64,000 nt of DNA. Source: Eledone cirrhosa. Taxonomy: Eukaryota. Shown piece after piece: positions 1-12,661 of the stretch; position 1 is the stretch's first letter; each line of letters begins with the position of its first letter. A program made the position numbers and the translations under genes. Location: assembly GCA_964016885.1 (NCBI GenBank), contig CAXHJY010000949.1, forward strand, positions 1 to 64,000. The letters run 5' to 3'. Under the pieces are notes generated by a model. That model did no database searches and had not been told where the DNA came from. It was given only the letters and a program-made list of their open reading frames with translations.

Positions 1-852
1 TCCATTTGTAGCACCTTATGATGGGTTAATCCACCTTAATAATAATATGATCACCTTCAGCATAATTTAGTTAAACTACTCTATAGTTAGTACACTTTAT
101 GCTTTAAAAGTCTCTCTTGGAAGGTGCACCTCACCATAGAATTTAGGGTCTATATTGGGACACATTTTAATGGCTAGATATGGAAACCCCAGAGTTACCT
201 CCCCGCATGCATTAACTCCCCTTAGCCACACACACACTTCCGGTATTCAATGGCGTTTCTCGAAACGTAACAACCTCCTGTATCGAACTAAAGAACACCA
301 GACTACGATCTCTAACTGGATTGTCGTGGATTATGTGAAAGGCATATAATCGAAATATACACTCCCTTGACCATGAAAATGCCGAAGTACATGAATTACT
401 TGACATCCCTGCGCTGTGCATCTCCAATACTTATAACACTTTTAATGCTTGCACTATCTTTAATGCTTATAATATTTCTCCACACACAGACTACATCAAT
501 CATATAAAGACTTTGCCACCAGATCTACCAACCTAACACTCTTATTTACCTACCTAAGTGCCTCTACCACACATATCTCTCTGCCACACTATATAAACAA
601 GACGCACATGCGTGCCACACATATAACATTTGCACTATATAACCACTTATCTTCATGTTGTACTTTAACCTATATCTTTGATTTTTGATTGTACCTATTA
701 ATATAAATGTAATCTCGAAGTGTGTACTGCCACTCTAAATTCTGTATTGAATGTTGACCCACAATGTTTGAATATGTATCAATGTTTGAATATGTATTGG
801 TATGTCTCTCGGCTGAAAAGGAGGTCATATAACTGTCCATGCATTAATAAAT

Positions 853-899
853 TGCTCCGAAGAATCCAAACCTCGGTTTGGAGGAAACAGCTGTAAGCA
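853..899 (+). ncRNA. Minimal type I hammerhead ribozyme motif, CCGAAGA core variant
   Basis: Stem I TGCT/AGCA; core CCGAAGA; stem II TCCAAACC-TC-GGTTTGGA; GAAAC; palindromic stem III ACAGCTGT; GTA cleavage triplet. Near-identical copy at 53367. Confidence 0.7.
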
Positions 900-1103
900 C
901 AATAATGTTTTGAACAGTTCTTTGATTCTTATATTTCATATAACTGCTCTGTAAATCATCTGATGTTTTTACATTGAGCTACTTAACTTACTGGTAATAA
1001 GGTAGTAATACATTACTGCCTACCACTATTTAGGGTGTGTGTAAAATACTTACAACTGCTTAAGGTTTTGTGTTTACATAACCATAAATAGTATAACTAA
1101 TAC

Positions 1104-1195
1104 TATATATGTATATATATATATATGTATATATATATATGTATATATATATGTATATATATATGTATATATATATATATGTATATATATATATG

Positions 1196-1244
<49 letters not shown>

Positions 1245-1391
1245 GTATATATATATATGTATATATATATATGTATATATATATATATGTATATATATAT
1301 ATGTATATATGTATATGTATATATATGTATGTATATATATGTATATATGTATATATATGTATGTATATATATGTATATGTATGTATATATG

Positions 1392-1424
<33 letters not shown>

Positions 1425-1427
1425 GTA

Positions 1428-1496
<69 letters not shown>

Positions 1497-1997
1497 GTAT
1501 ATATATATGTATATATATATGTATATATATATGTATATATATATGTATATATATATGTATATATATATGTATATATATATGTATATATATATATATATGT
1601 ATATGTATATATATATGTATATATATATATATATGTATATGTATATATATATGTATATATATATATATATGTATATGTATATATATATGTATATATATAT
1701 GTATATATATATGTATATATATATGTATATATATATGTATATATATATATATATGTATATATATATGTATATATATATGTATATATATATATATATATAT
1801 GTATATGTATATATATATATATGTATATGTATATATATGTATATGTATATATATGTATATGTATATATATATATATGTATATATATATATGTATATATAT
1901 ATGTATATATATATGTATATATATATGTATATATATATGTATATATATATATATGTATATATATATGTATATATATAAATATGTATATATATATATG

Positions 1998-2047
<50 letters not shown>

Positions 2048-2141
2048 AATATGTATATATATAAATGTATATATATATGTATATATATATGTATGTATAT
2101 ATATATGTATATATATATATATATGTATGTATATATATATG

Positions 2142-2197
<56 letters not shown>

Positions 2198-2270
2198 GTG
2201 TATATATATATATGTATGTATATAAATATGTGTATATATATATATATGTATGTATATATATATGTATATA

Positions 2271-2344
<74 letters not shown>

Positions 2345-2388
2345 TATATGTGTATATATATATACACATATATATATATATATATGTG

Positions 2389-2420
<32 letters not shown>

Positions 2421-2512
2421 TATATGTGTATATATATATATGTATATATATATGTATGTATATATATATGTATATATATATGTATATATATATGTATATA
2501 TATATGTATATA

Positions 2513-2586
<74 letters not shown>

Positions 2587-2648
2587 TGTGTATATATATA
2601 TATGTATATATATATGTATGTATATATATATGTATGTATATATATATG

Positions 2649-2735
<87 letters not shown>

Positions 2736-2736
2736 G

Positions 2737-2767
<31 letters not shown>

Positions 2768-2960
2768 GTATATGTATATATATATATATGTATATATATA
2801 TGTATATATATATATATGTATATATATATATGTATATGTATATATATATATATGTATATATATATATGTATATGTATATATATATATATGTATATATATA
2901 TGTGTATATATATATATATATGTATATATATATGTGTATATATATATATATATATATGTG

Positions 2961-2997
<37 letters not shown>

Positions 2998-3044
2998 GTA
3001 TATATATATGTATATATGTATATATATATGTATATATATATGTA

Positions 3045-3127
<83 letters not shown>

Positions 3128-3272
3128 GTATATATATATGTATATGTATATATATATATATGTATATATATATGTATATATGTATATATGTATATATATG
3201 TATGTATATATCTATATATATATATATATGTATATATATATGTATATATGTATATATATGTATGTATATATC

Positions 3273-3303
<31 letters not shown>

Positions 3304-3347
3304 GTATATATATATATATGTATATATATATGTGTATATATATATAT
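1104..3347. repeat. ~2.2-kb (TA)n microsatellite with TG interruptions
   Basis: Direct reading; abuts the (ATC)n 3' tail of RTE copy 1. Confidence 0.97.
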
Positions 3348-5718
3348 ATCATCATCATCATCATCATCATCATCAGGTTTAGCGTCCGTGTTCCACGCTT
3401 GCATGGGTTTGGACGGGGGTTTTCCCACTTGAGGCAAGAGTGGTTGTCTTGCTCGCATAGGACTGTCTGGCGGGTTTTCTACAGTTGGATGCCCTTCCTA
3501 ACACCAACCACATTTACAGTGTGGGGCTGGGAGGTTTTTACCGTGTTGCCTACACGGCCACATTACAGCGTGGACTGTCTGGCGGGTTTTCTACAGCTGG
3601 ATGCCCTTCCTAACACCAACCACATTTACAGTGTGGGGCTGGGAGGTTTTTACTGTGTTGCCTACACGGCCACATTTACAGCGTGGACTGTGTGTTTTTT
3701 GTCGTGACACCTACACGATCTCATTTGTTTCGGCCTGGATGTTGTGGGACCAACATAACTTTACATTGAATGGGGCGGTGTGGGTGGGGTGGAGGTGGTG
3801 GGACGGGGGTGTGTTTTGATAGAGATGCCTACTGACTGTAGTAGGTTTTTACTTTGTATTTAGGTAAGGCGGGTCTTCTCTATTACTGAGTACCGCCAAA
3901 GGTCTCGGTCCAGTGACATTGTCTTGGAGAGGTGTAAGCGTGTGAGGTCGGAATTTATCAGCTCGTCCTATGTTTTTCTGGGTCTGCCTACTCCGTGGCT
4001 ACCGTCTATCTTTATTGCCCTGCACTTTGTTATACAGCTGTCGTCTTTCATGCGCATCACGTGACCGTACCAACGTAGCCTTCTCTCGAGTAAACAACAT
4101 CTGATCCCTCTTATTTCTAATTTTTTCCTTAGTTCGTTTATGCTTTGCCGTTCACGTATATTACTATTGCACATCCAGCGGAGCATGCAAGCTTCGTTCC
4201 TCTCTAGTCTGCGTATATCCTCTGCACACAATGCCCAGGTCTCACTGCCATGCAGCATTGCTGTTCGTATGCAGGCATCGTATAACCTGCCTTTCATTTT
4301 TAGGGAGAACCCTCTAGCGGCTAATAGTGGTATAAGCTCTCTGAACTTTTTCCATCCAGTTCTGACTCTAGCTACTGTACTTTCAGAGCACCCTCCCCCA
4401 CTGCTGATTTTGTCACCCAGATAACGGAAGCTGTCCACTATTTCTATAGAACCCTCTGCGCAGTTGAAGGAGCTAGTATTTTGTGGGCACTTGCTGCTAC
4501 TTATTGCACCAGAGCACCGGCCACATGTAAAATCTATGTTCTTAGTTAGCTTACCTGTGATCCCACTACATTTTTTATGCACCCATACTTTGCATTTGGG
4601 ACATAAAATGGAGTTTCTACCTACGCCTTTCCTACACACTGAGCATGGCCATTTCCAAGATGGGACCGCCGCCTTATTTTCTTTCCTACAAACTAGAACT
4701 TTTGTCTTAGCCAGGTTAATTTTAAGGCCTTTTGATTCTAGGCCGTGCTTCCATGTTTGGAATTTCTTCTCTAGTTCGGTCATTGATTCAGCTATGAGCG
4801 TTAGATCATCTGCGTATAGGAGTTCCCATGGGCAGCCGGTCTTGAACTCCTCTGTTATAGCCTGAGGGCAATAATAAATAGTAGGGGGCTAAGAACAGAG
4901 CCCTGATGGACACCAACTTTTACGCTAAACTCTTCACTATATTCGTTGTTAATTCTAACCTTACTGACTGTTTCTTTATACATGGCTTGTATAGCTCTCA
5001 CAAGCCATTCGTCAACACCTAGTTTTCTAAGAGACCACCAGATAATGGAACGGGGGACTCTGTCGAAGGCTTTCTCCAAGTCGACGAAAGCTAAGTATAG
5101 GGGTTTACTTTTAGCTAGGTACTTCTCCTGTAGTTGTCGTACAATGAAAAGAGCGTCTGTGGTACTTTTGCCTGACACAAACCCGAACTGCATTTCATCT
5201 AGATCAATTCTCTCTCTGATTAGTTGCGCTATTACTTTTTCCGTGACCTTCATGACCTGGTCGATTAATTTAATGCCTCTATAGTTACTCCTATCTAGGG
5301 CATCTCCTTTTCCCTTATAGCAGTTAACGATGATGCTGCTACGCCATTCCTTCGGAACAACCCCATTCTGTACGACTTGGTTAACTATCCGGGTGACCAT
5401 GGTGTGTCCCACCGAACCAGATGCCTTCAGCATCTCAGCAACTATTTCCGAAGGCCCAGCCGCCTTACCCGTCTTCATATCTTTGATTGCCTTACTTATT
5501 ATACTACCTTCAACTAACACTGCTGGTCCCTCTATTGGATCGATCTGGGGGAGACTGTCTTTCTCCCATTTGTTCTCCTCATTTAGAAGCCTTTCGTAGT
5601 GACACTTCCAAGCTACCTTCTTATCAGCGTCGGTGATGGCAAGTATGCCATCATCGTTAAGTACACACTTCTCCCCGACAATATCACGGTTTTCCTTGAC
5701 ACATTGCCTGGCAATCCT
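3348..5718 (-). mobile_element. RTE-clade LINE copy 1, 5'-truncated (RT, PHD, 3' UTR)
   Basis: ORFs 4855-5520 and 3968-4783 nearly identical to the 16624-19893 protein ([22 protein letters not shown]); frameshift near 4860; TGG>TAG at 3968-3970; (GAT)n tail. Confidence 0.96.
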
Positions 5719-5759
5719 ATATATATATATGTATGTATGTATATATATATATATGTATG

Positions 5760-5790
<31 letters not shown>

Positions 5791-6007
5791 ATATATATAT
5801 ATGTATGTATGTATATATATATATATGTATGTATATATATATATATATATATGTATGTATATATATATATATATATATCTATGTATATATATATATATAT
5901 ATATGTATGTATATATGTATGTATGTATATATATATATATGTATGTATATATATATATATATATATATCTATGTATATATATATATATATATATGTATGT
6001 ATATATG

Positions 6008-6052
<45 letters not shown>

Positions 6053-6060
6053 GTATATAT
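5719..6060. repeat. (TA)n/(TATG)n microsatellite
   Basis: Direct reading. Confidence 0.95.
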
Positions 6061-6696
6061 TTAGAAACACACAGATACATGCGGACACACACATATATGC
6101 ATGAATGCATCCGCACCCAACTGAGTTAAGGGTGCCAACTTCACCGATGTTGCTCAATGAATGACCGGGACAGACCAATTCAGTTGAACTAGACTGAACC
6201 AGTATCAGAGTTAAAAATACATTATGAAGAGAGAAGAAGCATTTAGATATAATTAGTAATAAAATGTATCATACCTAAACTGCTCCTAAATTCCTCGACT
6301 ACGTAGTTTCGTGGCATAAACAAAAACAATATATCATAAAGATATAGAGTCCTTGCGAGGTCTGCCGACTTATCAAGAGGATACCTCATTTTACTAGTCT
6401 CAAGAACGCGTCTACACGACGTGAGAAAGAATCCCAAAAGGCGGAGGGGGAGATAGTCACGCGATATAACGGTCGAGAAACAGAGCTAAGCCTCTTATAA
6501 CCCCGAAGAAAATACCACGGAGGCGGAGGGGGTATTTATATCGAGGCCGTAGAAGAGGTGGTGAAGAAGGCGAGAAGTATGAGTAATGGAAGCTTTCCAG
6601 CTGTCCCCACACTTCAAAGATTGCTCGACCAGAGGGAGTTATTAACAATATATTTAGAAACACACAGATACATGCGGACACACACATATATGCATG
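6055..6696 (-). mobile_element. 593-bp terminally redundant HHR-containing unit (retrozyme/Penelope pLTR-like)
   Basis: 49-bp direct repeat 6055-6103 / 6648-6696; internal HHR on minus strand; followed by a 60-bp inverted duplication. Confidence 0.6.
6292..6381 (-). ncRNA. Hammerhead ribozyme motif with U3-A8 core and enlarged stem II
   Basis: Minus strand: TCCTC TTGATAA GTCGGCA-(~47 nt)-TGCCAC GAAAC TACGTA GTC GAGGA. 5-bp stem I, palindromic stem III ACTACGTAGT, GUC triplet. Confidence 0.7.
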
Positions 6697-6761
6697 CTTT
6701 ACATTACTCATACTTCTCGCCTTCTTCACCACCTCTTCTACGGCCTCGATATAAATACCCC
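6529..6761. repeat. 60-bp perfect inverted repeat, each arm carrying TATAAATA
   Basis: 6529-6588 is the reverse complement of 6702-6761. Confidence 0.92.
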
Positions 6762-7026
6762 GTCTTCTCCATCTCCGTCTGGTGTTGCGGGACCAGAAGT
6801 GCATTCTTGGAGGAGACCTGCATCTGCATCGGCTAATTCTTCTTGCAATGGTCATTCTGACGGAGCAGAACTGCTCAGCCAACCAACCCCAACCAGACCA
6901 ACCACTCAGGGGCAACGCACAATGAGAGCATGACAATTATTATGCACTAATCAAGAAGATACTGGGGCATAGCACAGGAAACGAATAAAAAAAATTTGCC
7001 ACTAATATTATTGTAAATTTTTTTAT

Positions 7027-7158
7027 TTCTTGTCCAATTCTTTAAAGTTTTATCTTAGTTTCTTGTCCTATTCTTTTAAAGTTTTATCTTAGTTTCTTGT
7101 CCTATTCTTTTAAAGTTTTATTTTAGTTTCTTGTCCTGTATTTTTAAAGGTTTATATT
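7027..7158. repeat. ~34-bp tandem repeat x4
   Basis: TTTCTTGTCCTATTCTTTTAAAGTTTTATCTTAG repeated with variants. Confidence 0.88.
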
Positions 7159-7474
7159 CCAATAATATTACTTTTTTTGCTGTACGCATTTTTCTATCTG
7201 GTCTACTATTTTTTAAGGCAATACAAGCAACAACTATCTAATAATTAAATGATCATAGTGATTACTGACAAGTGATTGACATTTTAAAGTTCTTTTGAGT
7301 ATAATTGCAATCTAGTTGAGGCAACTGGCTTAATGACAAAGCTAGTAAATCATGAATGCATTTGAGATGATTAGTGCATAATAGTGAATTGGTGAAACTT
7401 GTGCATTTCAATGGTGTTACAACAATAGATGTAAATTATATAGTAGTAATACTTCATCATTTTAACTTTTTAGA

Positions 7475-7837
7475 ATGGACAAAAACCCATGCAAAGAAAT
7501 GACTTTGACTGCAGTGATTCTCTCCAGTTTACTTACAAAGCAAAACGTGGTCAAATACCTTATCATCTCTGATAAAATGCCCATTGAATCACTGAAAATC
7601 GGATGCATGGAATTCCTCATACAGTGCACCTATGAATCGGAAGCCATCACATATATCAATGGATATAGGGAGTTGTTCACACTGGAAGACCATCACTTCA
7701 TTTGTGACTTCATCAGTTATCTCCACGATTATCTCAGACACCCAATGCCATTGATGAGAGGTGATCCAATGTGTGAGCATGTAACTAATCTTATAGAAGT
7801 TGTTATCGACCACCTGGCTTTTAGTGACATTGACTGA
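7475..7837 (+). CDS. Hypothetical 120-aa protein or coding exon, no recognised family
   Basis: Complex-composition ORF in AT-rich flanks; pyrimidine tract plus AG just before the ATG; AATAAA at ~7919. Confidence 0.35.
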   Translation: MDKNPCKEMTLTAVILSSLLTKQNVVKYLIISDKMPIESLKIGCMEFLIQCTYESEAITYINGYRELFTLEDHHFICDFISYLHDYLRHPMPLMRGDPMCEHVTNLIEVVIDHLAFSDID

Positions 7838-8527
7838 TTTGACTGATAATGATGTATTTTTAAAAAGTATGTGTACATTCTTGTTTCTATTTTAAGGCAA
7901 TCCAAGCAACAACTATTTAATAAAATTTTAATTTAAAAATGACCATTGTGCATTACTAGTATGATGACATTTTATTAAGTCACAAAATTAGTCAGTCAGC
8001 CATAGAACAAGGATCAGGTGGCAAAAACATTGGCAAAAATTTGTGTCAATTTAAAATTTCAAATGAATCGTATCTGGTTTGAAGTCAGATTTGTCAAATT
8101 TTGACCAATTTTCAATGTTGTGAAGATTGGGCAAGTTCAATTTTTGAATCATTTCTTTCATGCAGTAATTAAACTTTTCCAAACGTCGTCATTTCTGGAT
8201 TACCTCCCCTAGCATCACGCTTACTACTCACTCACTTGAACACAAGATTTATCAGCAAACTTTGATTATAAACTTTTTCCCGCTGGACCAAATTTCTAGA
8301 TTTTTAAGCCAAAAGATGCGTAATGATCTACTGTTCATGCTCATATAAGTTTTATCTCAGTTAAATAAAGTAGATCCGCGCTGTACTGTCGTAAACAGAC
8401 GATTGCCAACGAAAACACGACCACAACAATATTACTAAACGAACTACCGTCCATTTAGGATATATATATATATGTATTTATATATATATATATATGTATG
8501 TATATATATATGTATGTGTATATATAT

Positions 8528-8872
8528 ATCATCATCATTCATCATTTCATTTTACGTCCGCTTTTTCCCTGCTTGCAAGCGTGGGACGGGAACTGATTCT
8601 GGCTTGATTTCTACAGCTGGATGCCCTTCCTAACACCAACCTCATTTACAGTGAGTGATGGGTGCTTTTTTGCCGTGGCACCTCCACGACCACTTTGCAG
8701 TGGAATGATATGGACCCCAGTCCCTATCATCTCATTTCTACAGCTGAGTAAACTGGAGCAATGTGAAATAAAGTGTCTTGCTCAAGGAAACAACACATCA
8801 CCCGGTCTGAGAATTGAACTCACAACCTTTCGATTGCAAAGCCAATACTCTAACCACTAAGCCATGTGCCTC
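8528..8872 (-). mobile_element. tRNA-derived SINE with CORE-like domain and RTE-type tail
   Basis: Minus strand A box TGGCTTAGTGG, B box GTTCAATTC, CCTTGAGCAAGACACTT block, tail matching the RTE 3' UTR and (GAT)n; paralog at 53971. Confidence 0.85.
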
Positions 8873-8880
8873 CACTAAGC

Positions 8881-9026
8881 AACGTGTCCTCCGCTGTTCG
8901 TTGTTTAGAGATATTCAAAACAGCGAGCAGCTGAGGACATGTTTCGCACCTTTCCGATGACAACCTCCCCCCCCCCCCCCGGAAAAAACCCCAGTTGATG
9001 GATGTGAATCCGAAATATATAGGGAC
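8881..9026 (+). other. ~26-bp-arm hairpin followed by a degenerate hammerhead-like motif
   Basis: Inverted repeat 8881-8943; CCGATGA at 8954 and GAAATATATA at 9012; stem I weak. Confidence 0.3.
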
Positions 9027-9321
9027 AATTAAATCTCTCCCAAAGTAACTCTATCTAGTGTTGTTATTTTTATCTTTATCGCCATGCATCTCAACGTACA
9101 CCCACTTACATCTCTCTCTCCACCACCGGATCTTGTTACCCGGAGATTTACCCATCTGCATTGTCAAGGCTTCCAAACGACTTAAAGAAATTTACCTTAT
9201 TATTCCACAATGCTTCAAGCAAACTTCAATACTCTCATATATATATGTATTTATATATATATATATATTTATATATTTATGTATTTATATATATATGTAT
9301 TTAAATATATATATATGTATT

Positions 9322-12300
9322 TCATCATCATCATCATCATCATCATCGTTTAACGTCCCTGTTCCACACTTGCATGGGTTTGGGCGGGGGTTTTCCCACT
9401 TGAGGCAAGAGTGGTTGTCTTGCTCGCATAGGACTGTCTGGCGGGTTTTCTACAGCTGGATGCCCTTCCTAACACCAACCACATTTACAGTGTGGGACTG
9501 GGAGGTTTTTACCGTGTTGCTTACACGGCCACATTACAGCGTGGACTGTGTGTTTTTTTGTCGTGACACCTACACGATCTCGTTTGTTTCGGCCTGGATG
9601 TTGTGGTACCAACATAACTTTGCATTGAAGGGGGCGGTGTGGATGGGGTGGAACGGGGGTGTATTTTGTTAGAGATGCCTACTGAGTAGTAGGTTTTACT
9701 TTGTATTTAGGTAAGGCGGGTCTTCTCTGTTACTGAGTACCGCCAAAGGTCTTGGTCAAGTGACATTGTCTTGGAGAGGTGTAAGTGTGAGGTCGGAATT
9801 TATCAGCTCGTCTCAGGTTTTCCTGGGTCTGCCTACTCCATGGCTACCATCTATCTTTATTGCCCTGCACTTTGTTATACAGTTGTCGTCTTTCATGCGA
9901 ATCACGTGACCATACCAACGTAGCCTTCTCTCGAGTAAACAACATCTGATCCCTCTTATTTCTAATTTTTTCCTTAGTTCGTTTATGCTTTGCCGTTCAC
10001 GTATATTACTATTACACATCCAGCGGAGCATGCAAGCTTCGTTCCTCTCTAGTCTGCGTATATCCTCTGCACACAATGCCCAGCTCTCACTGCCATGCAA
10101 CATTGCTGTTCGTATGCAGGCATCATACAACCTGCCTTTCATTTTTAAGGAGAACCCTTTAGCGGCTAATAGTTGTATAAGCTCTCTGAACTTTTTCCAT
10201 CCAGTTCTGACTCTAGCTACTGTACTTTCAGAGCACCCTCCCCCACTGCTGATTTTGTCACCCAGGTAACGGAAGCTGTCCACTATTTCTATAGAACCCT
10301 CTGCGCAATTGAAAGAGTTAGTATTTGTGGGCACTTGCTGCTACTTATTGCACCAGAGCACCGGCCACATGTAAAATCTGTGTTCTTAGTTAGCTTACCT
10401 GTGATCCCACTACATCTTTTATGCACCCATACTTTGCATTTGGGACATAAAATGGAGTTTCTACCTACGCCTTTCCTACACACTGAGCATGGCCATTTCC
10501 CGGAGGGGACCGGCGCCTTATTTTCTTTCCTACAAACTAGAACTTTTGTCTTAGCCAGGTTAATTTTAAGGCCTTTTGATTCTAGGCCGTGCTTCCATGT
10601 TTGGAATTTCTTCTCTAGCTCGGCCATTGATTCAGCTATGAGCGTTAGATCATCTGCGTATAGCAGTTCCCATGGGCAGCCGGTCTTGAACTCCTCTGTT
10701 ATAGCCTGAAGGGCAATAATAAATAGTAGGGGCCTAAGAACAGAGCCCTGATGGATACCAACTTTTACGCTAAACTCTTCACTATATTCGTTGTTAATTC
10801 TAACCTTGCTGACTGTTTCTTTATACATGGCTTGTATGGCTTTCACAAGCCATTCGTCAACACCTAGTTTTCTAAGAGCCCACCAGATAATGGAACGGGG
10901 GGATTCTGTCGAAGGCTTTCTCCAAGTCGACAAAAGCTAAGTATAGGGGTTTACTTTTAGCTAGGTACTTCTGTAGTTGTCGTACAACGAAAAGAGCGTC
11001 TGTGGTACTTTTGCCTGACACAAACCCGAACTGCATTTCATCTAGATCAATTCTCTCTCTGATTAGTTGCGCTATTACTTTTTCCGTGACCTTCATGACC
11101 TGGTCGATTAATTTAATGCCTCTAAAGTTACTCCTATCTAGGGCGTCTCCTTTACCCTTGTAACAGTTAACGATGATGCTGCTACGCCAGTCCTTCGGAA
11201 GAACCCCATTCTGTATGACTTGGTTGACTATCCAGGTGGCCATGGTGTGTCCCACCGTACCGGAGGCTTTCAGCATCTCAGCAACTATTTCCGAAGGCCC
11301 AGCCGCCTTACCCGTCTTCATATCTTTGATTGCCTTACTTATTATACTACCTTCGACTCATACTGCTGGTCCCTCTATTGGATCGATGTGGGGGAGACTG
11401 TCTTTCTCCCATTTATTCTCCTCATTTAGTAGCCTGTCGTAATGACACTTCCAAGCTACCTTCTTATCAGCGTCAGTGATGGCAAGTACGCCATCATCGT
11501 TAAGTACACACTTCTCCCCGACAATATCACGGTTTTCCTTGACACATTGCCTAGCAATCCTGAACACCTCACGTTTTTGGTCCTCGCATTGTAGAACATG
11601 CTTGAACTTTCTTTCCTCAGTTTCCCTTCTTGCGAAGTACACTTGTCTCCTAGCTTCCCTCCTGGCCACTTGATAGTCTTCTCTACTTCCCCCATCCCGC
11701 CATGCTTTCCAAGCCTGCTTTTTGGCCTTGATTGACCCCTCTACCTTACTGTTCCACCACCACGTTACTCTCCTCCTGCCTACAGGCCTGCTCCAGCCAC
11801 AGACTTCGTCTGCCGCCATCAGCAGGTTTGCTTTCAGGAATTCCCACTGTTCCTCTACCTTGTACGACTCTAATTGCTCTTCCTTACTGTCGAAAGCATC
11901 AATTAATATGCTTTGAAATTTATTTCTGGCTGTGGGATCCTTTAGCGTCCATATTTTCCTCCTGAGGATAGTCCTCTTCTGCTGTCTAGTACGTCTCGTC
12001 CTGACTATGAGTACGCTAATTATCAGTCTATGTTGGGAGGTGCATTCTTCATGGGGGAGGGATTTAGTGTTAACAACAGACACTCTGTCACGTCTTCTGG
12101 TAAGGATATAATCTACCTGGCTGGTATGTTCTCCTGATCTGTAGGTGATCAAGTGATTGTCTCGTTTTTTGAAGTTAGTGTTACAGATAGTTAGGTTGTT
12201 CGCATCACAGAATTCCAGGATTCTGGAGCCTTCCTCGTTTCTAGTACCAAACCCATAGCCTCCGTGGATTCCGTCATAGCCGTCACAATGTTGTCCAACG

Positions 12301-12614
12301 TGACCATTTAGGTCGCCAGCAATAATTATATAGTCACTGTCGGTTATTTGGGAGGTAGTGAGCATCAGTGTCTCATAGAATCTGTCTTTTATAGTGCTGG
12401 GCAGTCCGGATTGGGGCGCGTATGCAGATATTACTGTCACAGTAGTTCTGTTTAGAACAAGTCTTATTTTAATTATTCTGTCATTCACTCTATTTACATC
12501 TATTGTCTTATCCACCCATTTTTCTGCTAACATGATTCCTACCCCACCTATCCCATCGCCATTCCCCACCCAGAAAAGCTTATAGCAACGTTTTTTACCC
12601 ACAATGAATCTAGC
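9322..12614 (-). mobile_element. RTE-clade LINE copy 2, near full-length, disrupted
   Basis: ORFs 11358-12602 (APE: SAYAPQ, AGDLNGHVG), 10872-11321, 10289-10933 (YADDL, PHD) and 9813-10334, separated by stops and frameshifts. Confidence 0.96.
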
Positions 12615-12661
12615 ATATATATATGTATTTATATATATTTATATATATATATAAATTATGA

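Noticed and set aside
1060-3458. Long Y/I/H/M/C-rich ORFs here and at 20275-21776, 25164-25974, 39551-40354, 48249-48747 and 54580-56335
   Set aside because: Translations of TA/TG/CA microsatellites that lack stop codons; not genes.
8790-8872. tRNA genes at SINE heads (also 41195, 53900-54035, 59517)
   Set aside because: A/B boxes run straight into CORE-like and LINE-tail sequence with no complete cloverleaf; these are SINEs.
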